Made by a program: the position numbers and the translations under genes. Shown piece by piece: positions 22,554 through 35,024 of a stretch of 64,000 nucleotides of DNA. Within the stretch, counting starts at the first letter, position 1. Each line of letters opens with the position of its first letter. Source of the DNA: Mustelus asterias (taxonomy: Eukaryota); contig NC_135815.1 of the NCBI RefSeq assembly GCF_964213995.1, forward strand, positions 2,542,001 through 2,606,000. Reading direction: 5' to 3'. The notes beneath the pieces are model-generated. The model was not told where the DNA came from. It worked only from the letters and a program-made list of their open reading frames with translations, and ran no database searches.

Positions 22554-25500
22554 GCTCTGGCTGGGAGCTTTGCTAATGCAGTTCGGGGGGGTTTAAACTA
22601 GTATGGCAGGGGGGTGGGGATCAAACTATTAGGTCTATAAGTGTGGTGGCTGGGGACGAGCTTGGGGCTGGGACAAGGCTGGCAAAGAAGAAGAGCACTC
22701 TGGGGGAGGACGACCTCACTGAGCCTGGGGGTCTGGAGTGCTTATACTTCAATGCAAGGAGCGTAGCAGGTAAAACAGACGAACTTGGGGCCTTAATGCG
22801 CACGAGGAATTTGGATGTGGTTGCGGTGACAGAGACTTGGTTGAAAGAGGGACAGGACTGGCAGCTGAATATTCCAGGGTACAAGTGTTTTAGGCGAGAC
22901 AGAGGAGGGGCCAAAAGAGGTGGGGGAGTAGCGGTATTGGTTGGAGAGCATATTACAGCGGTGCAGAGGGAGGACAATTCGGAGGAGTCGTGTAGCGAGT
23001 CACTCTGGGTGGAGCTTAGAAACAGGAAAGGCGCAGTCACTATGTTGGGGGTGTACTACAGGCCCCCCAACAGCCCAAGGGAAGTGGAAGAATGGATATG
23101 TCAGGAGATACTGGATAGGTGCAGGAAATATAGGGTTGTTGTAGTGGGAGACTTCAATTTCCCTGGTATAGACTGGAAATCGCTGAGGGCAGGGACTCTG
23201 GATGGGGAGGAATTTGTAAAATGTGTACAGGAGGGTTCGTTGGAACAATATGTGGACAGCCCGACTAGAGAGGGGGCTATACTGGACCTGGTACTGGGGA
23301 ATGAGCCCGGTCAGGTCTTCAAAGTTTTGGTTGGGGAACATGTGGCAAATAGTGACCACAATTCTGTTAGCTTTAGGATAGTGATGGAAAAGGATGAGTG
23401 GTGTCCCAAGGGTAAGGTGTTGGATTGGGGGAAGGCTAACTTTATTGGGATAAGGCAGAAATTGGCAGCTCTTGATTGGGAGAGGCTGTTTGAGGGTAAA
23501 TCCACATCTGGTATGTGGCAGTCTTTTAAGGAACGGTTGTTAGGGCTACAGGACAAGCATGTGCCTGTAAAAAAGAAGGATAGGAAGGGTAGGATTAGGG
23601 AACCGTGGATAACCAGGGAAATTGAGGGACTGGTCAAAAGGAAAAGAGAGGTGTATGTTAGGTCCAATCAGCTAAAAACGGAGGGAGCTCTGGAGGAGTA
23701 CAATGAAAGTAGGAAAATACTCAAACGGGGAATTAGAAGAGCAAAAAGGGGTCACGAAATGTTCTTGGCAGACAGGATTAAGGAGAATCCCAAGGCATTT
23801 TATTCATACGTTAGGAACAAAAGGGTTGTTAGGGAAAAAATCGGACCTCTCAGGGACAAAAGTGGGGACTTATGCTTGGAGCCCAAAGAGGTAGGGGAGA
23901 TCCTAAATGAATACTTTGCGTCGGTATTCACAAAGGAGAGGGATGTGTTGACTGGGAGTGTCTCGGAGGGGAGTGTTGAACCGTTGGAGAAAATCTCCAT
24001 TACAAAGGAGGAAGTGTTAGGTTTGTTAGAGAATATAAAGACTGACAAATCCCCAGGGCCTGATGGAATCTATCCAAGGCTGCTCAGGGAGACGAGAGGT
24101 GAAATCGTTGGGCCTCTGACGCAAATCTTTGTCTCGTCACTGGACACAGGTGAGGTCCCAGAGGATTGGAGGATAGCCAATGTGGTCCCGTTATTTAAGA
24201 AGGGTAGGAAGGATAACCCGGGTAATTATAGGCCGGTGAGCTTGACGTCCGTGGTGGGGAAGTTGTTGGAGAAGATTCTTAAAGATAGGATGTATGCGCA
24301 TTTAGAAAGGAATAAACTCATTAACGATAGTCAACATGGTTTTGTGAGAGGGAGGTCATGCCTCACTAACCTGGTGGTGTTTATTGAAGAAGTGACCAAA
24401 ATGGTTGACGAAGGAAGGGCCGTGGATGTTGTCTATATGGACTTTAGTAAAGCGTTTGACAAAGTCCCTCATGGTAGGCTAGTGAAAAAGGTTGGATCCC
24501 ATGGGATAAAGGGGGAGGTGGCTAGATGGGTGGAGAACTGGCTTGGTCATAGAAGACAGAGGGTGGTAGTGGAAGGGTCTTTTTCCGGCTGGAGGCCTGT
24601 GACTAGTGGTGTACCGCAGGGCTCTGTATTGGGACCTCTACTGTTTGTGATTTATATAAATGATCTGGAAGAAGGAGTAACTGGGGTGATCAGTAAGTTT
24701 GCGGACGACACAAAACTGGCAGGACTTGCAGATAGTGAGGAACATTGTCAGAGGCTACAGAAGGATATAGATAGGCTGGAAATTTGGGCAAGGAAATGGC
24801 AGATGGAGTTCAATCCTGATGAATGCGAAGTGATGCATTTTGGTGGGAATAATGTAAGGAGGAGCTACACGATAAATGGCAGAACCATAAAGGGTGTAGA
24901 GACACAGAGGGACCTGGGTGTGCAAGTCCACAGATCTTTGAAGGTGACGTCACAGGTGGAGAAGGTGGTGAAGAAGGCATATGGCATGCTTGCCTTTATA
25001 GGACGGGGCATAGAGTATAAAAGTTGGGGTCTGATGTTGCAGATGTATAGAACGTTGGTTCGGCCGCATTTGGAATACTGCGTCCAGTTCTGGTCGCCAC
25101 ACTACCAGAAGGACGTGGAGGCTTTGGAGAGAGTACAGAGGAGGTTTACCAGGATGTTGCCTGGTATGGAGGGGCTTGGTTATGAGGAGAGATTGGGGAA
25201 ACTGGGGTTGTTCTCCTTGGAAAGACGAAGGATGAGGGGAGACTTAATAGAGGTGTATAAAATTATGAAAGGCATAGATAGGGTGAACGGTGGGAAGCTT
25301 TTCCCCGGGTCGGTGGTGACGTTCACGAGGGGTCATAGGTTCAAGGTGAAGGGGGGGAGGTTTAACACAGATATCAGAAGGACATATTTCACACAGAGGG
25401 TTGTGGGGGCCTGGAATGTGTTGCCGGGCAAGGTGGTGGAGGCGGACACACTGGGAACGTTTAAGACTTATCTAGACAGCTATATGAACGGAGTGGGAAT

Positions 25501-25965
25501 GGAGGGATACAAAAGAGTGGTCTAGTTTGGACCAGGGAGCGGTGCGGGCTAATTGTTCCTTGTTTCTCGTGGAAGTGGAAATGACTAGGGTTGAGAAGCA
25601 TTTTCCGATCAGGGCCATTGTGATCTCCTGGACTCGTTTCGATCGCCTCAGGGGGTCGGAGAGGAATTTCCCAGATTTTCTTTCCCCATATTGGCCCTGG
25701 GGTTTTTCACTCTGGGTTTTCGCCTCTCCCTGGAGATCACATGGTCTGGAATGGGGGGGTGGGGGTGAGTTAATAGGTTGTAATGAACAAAGCATCGTAG
25801 CTGTGGGGGACAGCTCGGTGGATAGGATATTGGTATGTAGATAGGCTGGAAAATTGGGCGGGGATCCTGGATTCAGGATTCAATCCTGGACCGGGGAGCG
25901 GCGCGGGCTTGGAGGGCCGAAGGGCCTGTTCCTGTGCTGTATTGTTCTTTGTTCTTTGTTCTTTG
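22554..25965 (+). mobile_element. CR1 element B (young; ORF1 C-terminus, intact ORF2, extended 3' UTR)
   Basis: ORF1 end LAGSFANAVRGGLN* at 22601; (TTCTTTG)n tail. Confidence 0.95.
22592..25525 (+). CDS. CR1 ORF2: APE endonuclease + reverse transcriptase, uninterrupted
   Basis: 960-aa ORF 22643..25525, open upstream to FKLVWQ at 22592; [30 protein letters not shown] and FADD motifs. Confidence 0.95.
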   Translation, partial: FKLVWQGGGDQTIRSISVVAGDELGAGTRLAKKKSTLGEDDLTEPGGLECLYFNARSVAGKTDELGALMRTRNLDVVAVTETWLKEGQDWQLNIPGYKCFRRDRGGAKRGGGVAVLVGEHITAVQREDNSEESCSESLWVELRNRKGAVTMLGVYYRPPNSPREVEEWICQEILDRCRKYRVVVVGDFNFPGIDWKSLRAGTLDGEEFVKCVQEGSLEQYVDSPTREGAILDLVLGNEPGQVFKVLVGEHVANSDHNSVSFRIVMEKDEWCPKGKVLDWGKANFIGIRQKLAALDWERLFEGKSTSGMWQSFKERLLGLQDKHVPVKKKDRKGRIREPWITREIEGLVKRKREVYVRSNQLKTEGALEEYNESRKILKRGIRRAKRGHEMFLADRIKENPKAFYSYVRNKRVVREKIGPLRDKSGDLCLEPKEVGEILNEYFASVFTKERDVLTGSVSEGSVEPLEKISITKEEVLGLLENIKTDKSPGPDGIYPRLLRETRGEIVGPLTQIFVSSLDTGEVPEDWRIANVVPLFKKGRKDNPGNYRPVSLTSVVGKLLEKILKDRMYAHLERNKLINDSQHGFVRGRSCLTNLVVFIEEVTKMVDEGRAVDVVYMDFSKAFDKVPHGRLVKKVGSHGIKGEVARWVENWLGHRRQRVVVEGSFSGWRPVTSGVPQGSVLGPLLFVIYINDLEEGVTGVISKFADDTKLAGLADSEEHCQRLQKDIDRLEIWARKWQMEFNPDECEVMHFGGNNVRRSYTINGRTIKGVETQRDLGVQVHRSLKVTSQVEKVVKKAYGMLAFIGRGIEYKSWGLMLQMYRTLVRPHLEYCVQFWSPHYQKDVEALERVQRRFTRMLPGMEGLGYEERLGKLGLFSLERRRMRGDLIEVYKIMKGIDRVNGGKLFPGSVVTFTRGHRFKVKGGRFNTDIRRTYFTQRVVGAWNVLPGKVVEADTLGTFKTYLDSYMNGVGMEGYKRVV

Positions 25966-26730
25966 TTAGTAGTGGGAACTTGTGTATGGAGTCAGTAGAG
26001 ATAGGCGAGGTGATGAATGAATACTTTTCTTCAGTGTTCACCAAGGAGAGGGGCCATGTTTTTGAGGAAGAGAAGGTGTTACAGGCTAATAGGCTGGTGG
26101 AAATAGATTTTCGGAGGGAGGATGTCCTGGCAGTTTTGAATGAACTGAAGGTCGATAAGTCCGCTGGGCCTGATGAAATATATCCTAGGATTCTTTGGGA
26201 GGCAAGGGATGAGATTGCAGAGCCTTTGGCTTTGATCTTTGGGTCCTCATTGTCCACGGGATGGTGCCAGAGGACTGGAGAGTGGCGAATGTTGTTCCTC
26301 TGTTTAAGAAAGGGAATAGAAATGACCCTGGTAATTATAGACCGGTTAGTCTTACTTCGGTGGTTGGTAAATTGATGGAAAAGGTCCTTAGGGATGGGAT
26401 TTACGACCATTTAGAAAGATACAGATTAATCCGGGATAGTCAGCATGGATTCGTGAAGGGCAAATCGTGCCTCACAAATTTGATAGAATTTTTTGAGGAG
26501 GTAACTAAGTGTGTTGATGAAGGTAGGGCAGTTGATGTCATATACATGGATTTTAGTAAGGCGTTTTATAAGGTCCCCCATGGTCGGCTTATGATGAAAG
26601 TAATGAAGTGTGGGATAGAGGGAAAGTTGGCCGATTGGATAGGTAACTGGCTATCTGATCGAAGACAGAGGGTGGTGGTAGATGAAAAATTTTCTGACTG
26701 GAGGCAGGTTGCTAGCGGAGTGCCACAGGG

Positions 26731-28845
26731 ATAAGACCATAAGACCATAAGACATAGGAGCGGAAGTAAGGCCATTCGGCCCATCGAGTCCACTCCACCA
26801 TTCAATCATGGTTGATTTCAACTCCATTTACCCGCTCTCTCCCCATAGCCCTTAATTCCTCGAGAAATCAAGAATTTATCAATTTCTGTCTTGAAGACGC
26901 TCAACGTCTCGGCCTCCACAGCCCTCTGTGGCAATGAATTCCACAGACCCACCACTCTCTGGCTGAAGAAATTTCTCCTCATCTCTGTTCTAAAGTGACT
27001 CCCTTTTATTCTAAGGCTGTGCCCCCGCGTCCTAGTCTCCCCTGTTAATGGAAACAACTTCCCTACGTCCATCCTATCTAAGCCGTTCATTATCTTGTAA
27101 GTTTCTATCAGATCTCCCCTCAACCTCCTAAACTCCAATGAATATAATCCCACGATCCTCAGACGTTCATCGTATGTCAGGCCTACCATTCCTGGGATCA
27201 TCCGTGTGAATCTCCGCTGGACCCGCTCCAGTGCCAGTATGTCCTTCCTGAGGTGTGGGGCCCAAAATTGCTCACAGTACTCCAAATGGGGCCTAACCAG
27301 TGCTTTATAAAGCCTCAGAAGTACATCCCTGCTTTTGTATTCCAAGCCTCTTGAGATAAATGACAACATTACATTTGCTTTCCTAATTACGGACTCAACC
27401 TGCAAGTTTACCTTTAGAGAATCCTGGACTAGGACTCCCAAGTCCCTTTGCACTTTAGCATTATGAATTTTGTCACCGTTTAGAAAATAGTCCATGCCTC
27501 TATTCTTTTTTCCAAAGTGTACGACCTCGCACTTGCCCACGTTGAATTTCATCAGCCACTTCTTGGACCACTCTCCTAAACTGTCTAAATCTTTCTGCAG
27601 CCTCCCCACCTCCTCAATACTACCTGCCCCTCCACCTATCTTTGTATCATCGGCAAACTTGGCCAGAATGCTCCCAGTCCCGTCATCTAGATCGTTAATA
27701 TATAAAGAGAACAGCTGTGGCCCCAACACTGAACCCTGCGGGACACCACTTGTCACCGGTTGCCATTCTGAGAAAGAACCTTTTATCCCAACTCTCTGCC
27801 TTCTGTCTGACAGCCAATCGTCAATCCATGTTAGTACCTTGCCTCGAATACCATGGGCCCTTATTTTACTCAGCAGTCTCCCGTGAGGCACCTTGTCAAA
27901 GGCCTTTTGGAAGTCAAGATAGATAACATCCATTGGCTCTCCTTGGTCTAACCTATTTGTTATCTCTTCAAAGAACTCTAACAGGTTTGTCAGGCACGAC
28001 CTCCCCTTACTAAATCCATGCTGACTTGTCTTAATCCGACCCTGCACTTCCAAGAATTTAGAAATCTCATCCTTAACGATGGATTCTAGAATTTTGCCAA
28101 CAACTGAGGTTAGGCTAATTGGCCTATAATTTTCCATCTTTTTTCTTGTTCCCTTCTTGAACAGTGGGGTTACAACAGCGATTTTCCAATCCTCTGGGAC
28201 TTTCCCTGACTCCAGTGACTTTTGAAAGATCATAACTAACGCCTCCACTATTTCTTCAGCTATCTCCTTCAGAACTCTAGGATGTAGCCCATCTGGGCCC
28301 GGAGATTTATCAATTTTCAGACCTTTTAGTTTCTCTAGCACTTTCTCCTTTGTGATGGCAACCATATTCAACTCTGCCCCCTGACTTTCCTGAATTGTTG
28401 GGATATTACTCATGTCTTCTACTGTGAAGACTGACGCAAAGTACTTATTAAGTTCCTCAGCTATTTCCTTGTCTCCCATCACTAGATTACCAGCGTCATT
28501 TTGGAGCGGCCCAATGTCTACTTTTGCCTCCCGTTTGTTTTTAATGTATTTAAAGAAACTTTTACTATCATTCCTAATGTTACCGGCTAGCCTACCTTCA
28601 TATTTGATCCTCTCCTTCCTTATTTCTCTCTTTGTTATCCTCTGTTTGTTTTTATAGCCTTCCCAATCTTCTGACTTCCCACTACTCTTTGCCACATTAT
28701 AGGCTCTCTCTTTTGCCTTGATGCATTCCCTGACTTCCTTTGTCAGCCATGGCTGCCTAATCCCCCCTCTGATAACCTTTCTTTTGTTTGGGATGAACCT
28801 CTGCACTGTGTCCTCAATTACTCCCAGAAACTCCTGCCATTGCTG
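26731..28845 (-). mobile_element. CR1 element C, 5'-truncated with open RT, nested in element A
   Basis: ORF 26818..28992 (about 675 aa of it CR1-derived); (TCTTATGG)n tail. Confidence 0.95.
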
Positions 28846-30444
28846 TTCAGTGCTTGGTCTTCTGCTCTTTGTGATTTTTATTAATGACTTAGAGGAGGGG
28901 GCTGAAGGGTGGATCAGTAAATTTGCTGATGACACCAAGATTGGTGGAGTAGTGGATGAGGTGAAGGGCTGTTGTAGACTGCAAAGAGACATAGATAGGA
29001 TGCAAAGTTGGGCTGAAAAATGGCAAATGGAGTTTAACCCTGATAAATGTGAGGTGATTCATTTTGGTAGGACTAATTTAAATGTGGATTACAGGGTCAA
29101 AGGTAGGGTACTGAAGACTGTGGAGGAACAGAGAGATCTTGGGGTCCATATCCACAGATCTCTAAAGGTTGCCACTCAAGTGGATAGAGCTGTGAAGAAG
29201 GCCTATAGTGTGTTAGCTTTTATTAACAGGGGGTTGGAGTTTAAGAGCCGTGTGGTTATGCTGCAACTGTACAGGACCTTGGTGAGACCACATTTGGAAT
29301 ATTGCGTGCAGTTCTGTGGAAGCGCTGGAAAGAGTGCAGAGGAGATTTACCAGGATGCTGCCTGGTTTGGAGGGTAGGTCTTATGAGGAAAGGTTGAGGG
29401 AGCTAGGGCTGTTCTCTCTGGAGAGGAGGAGGCTGAGGGGAGACTTAATAGAGGTTTATAAAATGATGAAGGGGATAGATAGAGTGAACGTTCAAAGACT
29501 ATTTCCTCGGGTGGATGGAGCTATTACAAGGGGGCATAACTATAGGGTTGGTGGTGGGAGATATAGGAAGGATATCAGAGGTAGGTTCTTTACGCAGAGA
29601 GTGGTTGGGGTGTGGAATGGACTGCCTGCAGTGATAGTGGAGTCAGACACTTTAGGAACATTGAAGCAGTTATTGGATAGGCACATGGAGCACACCAGGA
29701 TGATAGGGAGTGGGATAGCTTGATCTTGGTTTCAGATAAAGCGCGGCACAACATCGTGGGCCGAAGGGCCTGTTCTGTGCTGTACTGTTCTATGTTCTAT
29801 CACTTGTTTTTGTGCTAGGTCTGGAGATGGGTGTGTGTCTTTGGGATGGTGTTTAACTAGGGACAACAGCGATAGCTAGCTGTTAGGAGTTACACTGTAT
29901 CATGTTCAAGCCTTGTATTTGGTAAAAGTTATGCTAATTCTTTTTGTATCTGTGTTCTTAAATAAACTTGGTTTGATAAAAGCTTCCCAGTGGGTCGCTT
30001 GAATCATACCTGGAGTGAAACACCTTCTGCTCCCAATGCCAAAATCAAATGTAAAACTGAGGGTCTAGGCTAACTTCACAAAACACCTTGGAGTCTCTGG
30101 CCTGGGTCTGAACACTGGAAAACAAAACAAGTCTGTTCCCCATCAGCTCACCCGGTCCACCAATCCCCTTCCCTTCCAGAATCTCATTCCTTTCCTCTTG
30201 ATCCCAGTGATTCTGTTCATATCAGGAACATTCTTTGCTGAATGATCCCTCAGTCCCATTTGCCATTGGGTAACGATCTTCTGTCTGATTCTTACCTTTC
30301 TTCCCCTCTTTCCAATCTCATTCTCCTGGGATTTGAACAATTTGCTTTGACACTTTTCATCATCTTAGAATTCAAGGAACGCCAACTGAAATTTTCCACT
30401 TTGTTGTCTCCCTATCTGCGCTACTCCCCTCACTGTCTCCTCTC

Positions 30445-31655
30445 AAAGAACAAAGAGAACAAAGAACAAAGAAAATTACAGCACAGGAACAGGCCCTTCG
30501 GCCCTCCAAGCCTGCACCGACCATGCTGCCCGACTGAACTAAAACCCCCTACCCTTCCGGGGACCATATCCCTCTATTCCCATCCTATTCATGTATTCGT
30601 CAAGACACCCCTTAAAAGTCACGACCGTATCCGCTTCCACTACCTCCCCCGGCAACGGGTTCCAGGCACCCACTGCTCTCTGTGTAAAAAATCTGCCTTG
30701 TACATCTCCTTTAAACCTTGCCCCTCGCACCTTAAACCTGTGCCCCTCGTAATTGACTCTTCCACCCTGGGAGAAAGCTTCTGACCATCCACTCTGTCCA
30801 TGCCTCTCATAATCTTGTAGACTTCTATCAGGTCACCCCTCAACCTCCATCGCTCCAGTGAGAACAAACCAAGCTTCTCCAACCTCTCCTCATAGCTAAT
30901 GCCCTCCATACCAGGCAACATCCTGGTAAATCTTTTCTGGACCCTCTCCAAAGCCTCCACATCTTTCTGGTAGTGTGGCGGCCAGAATTGAACACTATAT
31001 TCCAAGTGCGGCCTAACTAAGGTTCTATAAAGCTGCAACATGACTTGCCAATTTTTAAACCCAATGCCCCGGCCAATGAAGGCAAACATGCCGTATGCCT
31101 TCTTGACTACCTTCTCCATCTGCATTGCCACTTTCAGTGACCTGTGTACCTGTACACCCAGATCCCTCTGCCTATCAATACTCTTAAGGGTTCTGCCATT
31201 GACCGTATATTTCCTATCTGTATTAGACCTTCCAAAGTGCATTACCTCACATTTGTCTGGATTAAACTCCATCTGCCATCTCTCTGCCCAAGTCTCCAAC
31301 TGATCTATATCCTGCTGTATCCTCTGATGGTCCTCATCGCTATCCGCAAATCCACCAACCTTTGTGTCGTCCACAAACTTACTAATCAATCCAGTTACAT
31401 TTTCCTCCAAATCGTTTACATATATATATAAAAAACAGCAAAGGTCCCAGCACTGATCCCTGAGGAACAAGGAACCCAGTCCAACGCCGCCATCTCCACA
31501 TCATGAACACCACTTGTCACAGCCCTCCATTCAGAAACGCACCCTTCCACTGCTACCCTCTGTCTTCTTTGACCGAGCCAGTTTTGTATCCACCTTGCCA
31601 GCTCACCTCTGATCCCATGCGACTTCACCTTCTGCACCAGTCTGTGATGAGGGAC
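30445..31655 (-). mobile_element. CR1 3' fragment with a tiny Penelope-end insert (~31473-31505)
   Basis: ORFs 30640..31470 and 31416..31706 carry RT motifs. Confidence 0.9.
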
Positions 31656-32240
31656 CTCCTCCCTCACTCTCTCCTCTCCACCTCTGTCACTCTCCTCTCT
31701 CCTCATCCCTTACTCTCTGCTCTCCTCCTCGCTCTCTCTCCTCTCCCCTCCCTCCCTCTCTCCTCTCCCTCTGTCTCCTCTCTCCTCTCTTCACTCTCTG
31801 CCCTATCCTCCCCCCCCACATCTCCCCTCTCTCCACTCCCCTCCCTCCCTCTCTGCCCTACCCTCCCTCCCTCTCTCAATTCCCCTCCCTCCCTCTCTGC
31901 TCTACCCTCCCTCCCTCTCTCCATTCCCCTCCCTCCCTCTCTGCCCTACCCTCCCTCCCTCTCTCCATTCCCCTCCCTCCCTCTCTGCCTTACCCTCCCT
32001 CCCTCTCTCAATTCCCCTCCCTCCCTCTCTGCTCTACCCTCCCTCCCTCTCTCCATTCCCCTCCCTCCCTCTCTTCCCTACCCTCCCTCCCTCTCTCCAT
32101 TCCCCTCCCTCCCTCTCTGCCCTACCCTCCCTCCCTCTCTCCATTCCCCTCCCTCCCTCTCTGCCCTACCCTCCCTCCCTCTCTCCTCTCCTCTCCCTCC
32201 CTCTCTGCTCTCCCCTCTCTCACTCACTTTTCTCTCCTTC
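31655..32240. repeat. CT-rich low-complexity polypyrimidine tract with internal duplications
   Basis: Repeated CCCTCCCTCCCTCTCT units. Confidence 0.9.
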
Positions 32241-32692
32241 TTCTTGGTGCTCTGAGGGTTATCTCTCTCAGGATTGAGTTGTTTGAATGTTGGTGAAGTG
32301 ATTCTCTGCTCAGTGTGGAGTCTGACTGCTGATGTCCCCGGTCACAGTCCTGGTGCTTGTTGTTGCTATTTGCCCTTTCGCTGCATCAACCTTTCCAAAT
32401 ACATCGCTGACTGCTCGTCGGCTCAATCCTGACATTGTGTCCAGTTAGGCCGAACGTGGCTAAATCTGTATGGCTAAATCATGAAATCAAATCTAATCTT
32501 CTGTTTTGAATGATTCTGTAATAACTGCAGTTAAATAAGAATGTTAATGCATTGAGCCCAATGGTGAATTTACTATTTGCTAATAAATCATCAATTTTCT
32601 CACTGTAACGATTGTTTTAAAGGATATTTTCAATAATATTTTAAACCAGCTGTTTGAAGATTGCAATAATGCTCTTGAAGATTATGAAAGAA

Positions 32693-33386
32693 GGACCTTG
32701 GGGTCCGGGTCCATAGGACTCTAAAACCGGCCCCACAGGTGGAGGAGGTGGTTAAGAAGGCGTATGATGTGCTGGCCTTTATCAATCGAGGGATTGAGTT
32801 TAGGAGTCCGGGGATAATGATGCAGCTATATAAGACCCTCGTCAGACCCCACTTGGAGTACTGTGCTCAGTTCTGGTCACCTCATTACAGGAAGGATGTG
32901 GAAAAGATTGAAAGGGTGCAGAGGAGATTTACAAGGATGTTGCCTGGATTGAGTGGCATGTCTTATGAGGATAGGCTGAGGGAGCTTGGTCTTTTCTCCT
33001 TGGAGAGACGTAGGATGAGAGGAGACCTAATAGAGGTATATAAGATGTTGAGAGGCATAGATCGGGTGGACTCTCAGAGGCTTTTTCCCAGGGTGGAAAT
33101 GGCTGCTACGAGAGGACACGGGTTTAAGGTGCTGGGGGGTAGGTACAGGGGAAATGTTAGGGGGAAGTTTTTCACACAGAGGGTGGTGGGCGAGTGGAAT
33201 CGGCTGCCGTCAGTGGTGGTGGAGGCGAACTCAATAGGGTCTTTTAAGAGACTCCTGGATGAGTACATGGGACTTAATAGGATGGAGGGTTATAGGTAGG
33301 CCTAAAAGGTAGAGATATGTTTGGCACAACTTGTGGGGCCGAAGGGCCTGTTTTGTGCTGTAGTTTTCTGTGTTTCTATGTTCTAT
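32693..33386 (+). mobile_element. CR1 3' fragment
   Basis: ORF 32739..33299. Confidence 0.9.
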
Positions 33387-33405
33387 GAAATATCACAGTT
33401 CTTTT

Positions 33406-33985
33406 TTTATTCATTTGTGGGACATGGGCGTTGCTGGACGGCATTTATTGCCCAACTCTAGTTCTCAAGAGCAAGTGAGAATCAACCACATTGCTGTGTG
33501 TAATAAGTCCTCGGAGGCGGAAGTCCTTTCACCTAAATCCCTTTATATACAAAATCCAACAACACTATACAGGATGCTCTCAGTCTGCAGCCTGCATCCG
33601 GAGTGTCAGAAGAACTGACACTCCTGTTTAAGTGCAGAGCATGGGGCTCCCTGATTGGACCATCAATTTGGCCCTTAATCAGGGAGTTCATATTCAAGCA
33701 GGCCCACCTCAATTGTCTGATTAAAATCGTTACATTGTGGTTCTGGAGTCACATGTAGGCCAGGCCAGGTAAGGACGACAGATTTCCTTCCCTAAAGGAC
33801 ATCAGTGAACCAGATGGGTTTTTCCAACAATCGACGATGGTTTCATGGTCATCAGTAGATTCTTAATTCCAGATATATTTTATTGAATTCAAGTTCCACC
33901 ATCTGCCGTGGCGGGTTTCGAACCCGGGTCCCCAGAACATTAGCTGAGTTTCTGGATTAATAGTCTGGCGATAATACCACTCGGC
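33406..33985 (-). mobile_element. DeuSINE/SacSINE1-like SINE with a ~240-bp internal insertion
   Basis: Reverse complement of 46835-47175; split at ~33497-33735. Confidence 0.7.
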
Positions 33986-35024
33986 CTTTGCCTCTTTCAT
34001 CTTGAAAGGGCTGCAAGAACCAATGCAATAATCCATCTGAACATTCAGAGATTTCTGAAGTCTGGAGATTAGGAACATCGGAACAGGAGTGGGCCATTCA
34101 GCCCATCGAACCTGCCCCACTATTCAGCAGAAACCCTCAAAACAATTTTAAAATATTCAATATTCACATAAAGTGCAGTGATCTAGATGACAATGGATAA
34201 AGATTTATCATTAATAATAAAGAGCCAGACGGACTCGAAAGGTTAACTCTGTTTCTCACTCCACAGATGCTGCCAAACCTGCTTTTCCAGCAGTTCCTGT
34301 TTTTATTTTAAGATTTATCATTGACTGTCTTCTGTTTCTGGCTCCTGTAGTTCTGCTCTCCACCAAAAGTGGAAACATTTTCTCATCCATTTTATCAAAC
34401 CCTTTTCTTAACCTTAACGACCTCTATTTGGTCACCCCTCACTCTTCTCTTTTCCAGAACCTGTTCTCTCTTTCCTGATAGGTTAAACCTCTCAGAGTTG
34501 GCATCATTTTATTGCGCTGATGTCCTTTCTATGGTACGTACGGACCCTGAGCTGTTCACAATATTCCAACTGAGCTCCAATCAAAGTTCTGGACAACTTT
34601 GACAGAACTTCTCTGCTTTTTCAATTCTAACCTTCATGAAATAAAGCCCAGTGCTTCCTTTGTTTTTATTTTATGACCTTATTAACTTGTATTTGTAAAT
34701 CTATAATCCCAGATCACTTTGCTCCACTACCCGATTTTGATGCTTTTTCCAAGGAGTATGTACTCCTCATTCTGTACACCAAGTTAACACAGCTCACACT
34801 CAGACACATAAACTTCAATATAGATATCACACACTGACCGATTGTGCTTTGTAACATGTACAGCAGCATAGTTGTACATGTTATATATATTTACATGTAG
34901 GTTTGTTTATCTATGCAGGGAGTTAACTGATTCTGTGCCATTGCAGATAGATTATATTTTCATTACAGTTACAGGTGCAAAGGGATTTGAGCTTATATGT
35001 GCAAAGAGTCATTAATTTTTACTG

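Larger units (their letters stand above)
21815..29798 (+). mobile_element. CR1 element A in three pieces (21815-22553, 25966-26730, 28846-29798)
   Basis: ORF2 reads through the insertions: LGPVK|SSGNLCMES and SGVPQG|SVLGLLLF. Confidence 0.9.
21338..30114 (+). mobile_element. Solo-LTR-like repeat (21338-21812 + 29799-30114) split by an 8-kb CR1 nest
   Basis: The two halves join to match the uninterrupted copy at ~45490-46328 (junction ...AATCCAGCA|TCAC...). Confidence 0.7.

Noticed and set aside
31503-32255. 250-aa Pro/Ser/Leu ORF
   Set aside because: CT-rich low-complexity tract
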